64,000 nucleotides of DNA from an uncultured Gemmatimonadales bacterium. GTDB taxonomy: Bacteria; Gemmatimonadota; Gemmatimonadetes; Longimicrobiales; RSA9. Under the pieces are notes generated by a model that ran no database searches, was not told the DNA's origin, and saw only the letters and a list, made by a program, of their open reading frames with translations. This document shows positions 63,783 to 64,000 of this stretch, piece after piece. Within the stretch, counting starts at the first letter, position 1. The number at the start of each line of letters is the position of its first letter. The stretch is taken from positions 224,001 through 288,000 of the forward strand of contig CAVUKA010000006.1 in assembly GCA_963741945.1 (NCBI GenBank). Reading direction: 5' to 3'. Both the position numbers and the translations under genes were made by a program.

Positions 63783-64000
63783 GCGATGATGCTGTCCTGC
63801 TGATCGGCGTCCGGGTACCCCACCTTCTTGATGATGTCCACCATCCAGCCGCCCACGAGGCCCCGGGTCACCGGGCCACCGATGCGGTCCTTGAGGATGC
63901 CCGCGCGCAGCATCATCCGGCGCACCAGCAGCGGCCACTCGGCCGCCGAGTGCATCTGCGGAGAGGGGAGCCAATGGCACTGCTCACAGTACACCTCCAG
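63521..64000 (-). CDS. c-type cytochrome with at least two haem motifs, 5'-partial
   Basis: CEQCH and CSVCH, each followed by PSPxxHxAAEWPxxVxxM; frame open to the window edge. Confidence 0.88.
   Translation of the reverse strand: MEVYCEQCHWLPSPQMHSAAEWPLLVRRMMLRAGILKDRIGGPVTRGLVGGWMVDIIKKVGYPDADQQDSIIAYLQRNALPVAKPGEVGQSPSARLFARRCSVCHETPSPSAHTAAEWPRVVQKMRSNMAKMDVQPLTAPEVDSVTTYLQAHGGGGPGQ

Noticed and set aside
1-64000. CRISPR array, IS/integrase, prophage, rRNA or tRNA
   Set aside because: No repeat-spacer series, transposase/recombinase/phage motifs or RNA gene signatures seen by eye; short or divergent elements could be missed.

Overview
Very GC-rich bacterial chromosomal DNA with about 50 densely packed genes. 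The gene families (PadR + duplicated orphan ABC permease, TamA/TamB, SARP/BTAD, TolB-like/TPR, tricorn and S9 peptidases, PEP-CTERM) suggest Gemmatimonadota; this is inference only. I saw no rRNA, intact tRNA, CRISPR array, integrase or IS element. Best-supported unusual feature: a selenocysteine peroxiredoxin (29094-29810), split in the ORF track by an in-frame TGA at the peroxidatic position (PxxxTxxU). A SECIS-shaped hairpin follows the TGA, and a sigma70-like promoter overlapped by a DtxR/MntR-type palindrome lies upstream. Best candidate for a poorly described system (1-6872): STAND-type nucleotide cyclase, a completely cysteine-free REC/glutaredoxin-like/thioredoxin-reductase-like fusion, a cNMP-binding histidine kinase and a probable K+ channel-like gene. 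Also notable: a Fur-boxed feoAB whose feoA has no in-frame canonical start, a cold-shock gene with a terminator-shaped hairpin inside its leader, a GNAT-HDAC fusion, a 4-Cys small ORF overlapping GNRA hairpins, a Gly-rich mosaic membrane protein, and an internally deleted BTAD regulator. All calls come from reading motifs by eye; no database search or folding program was run.
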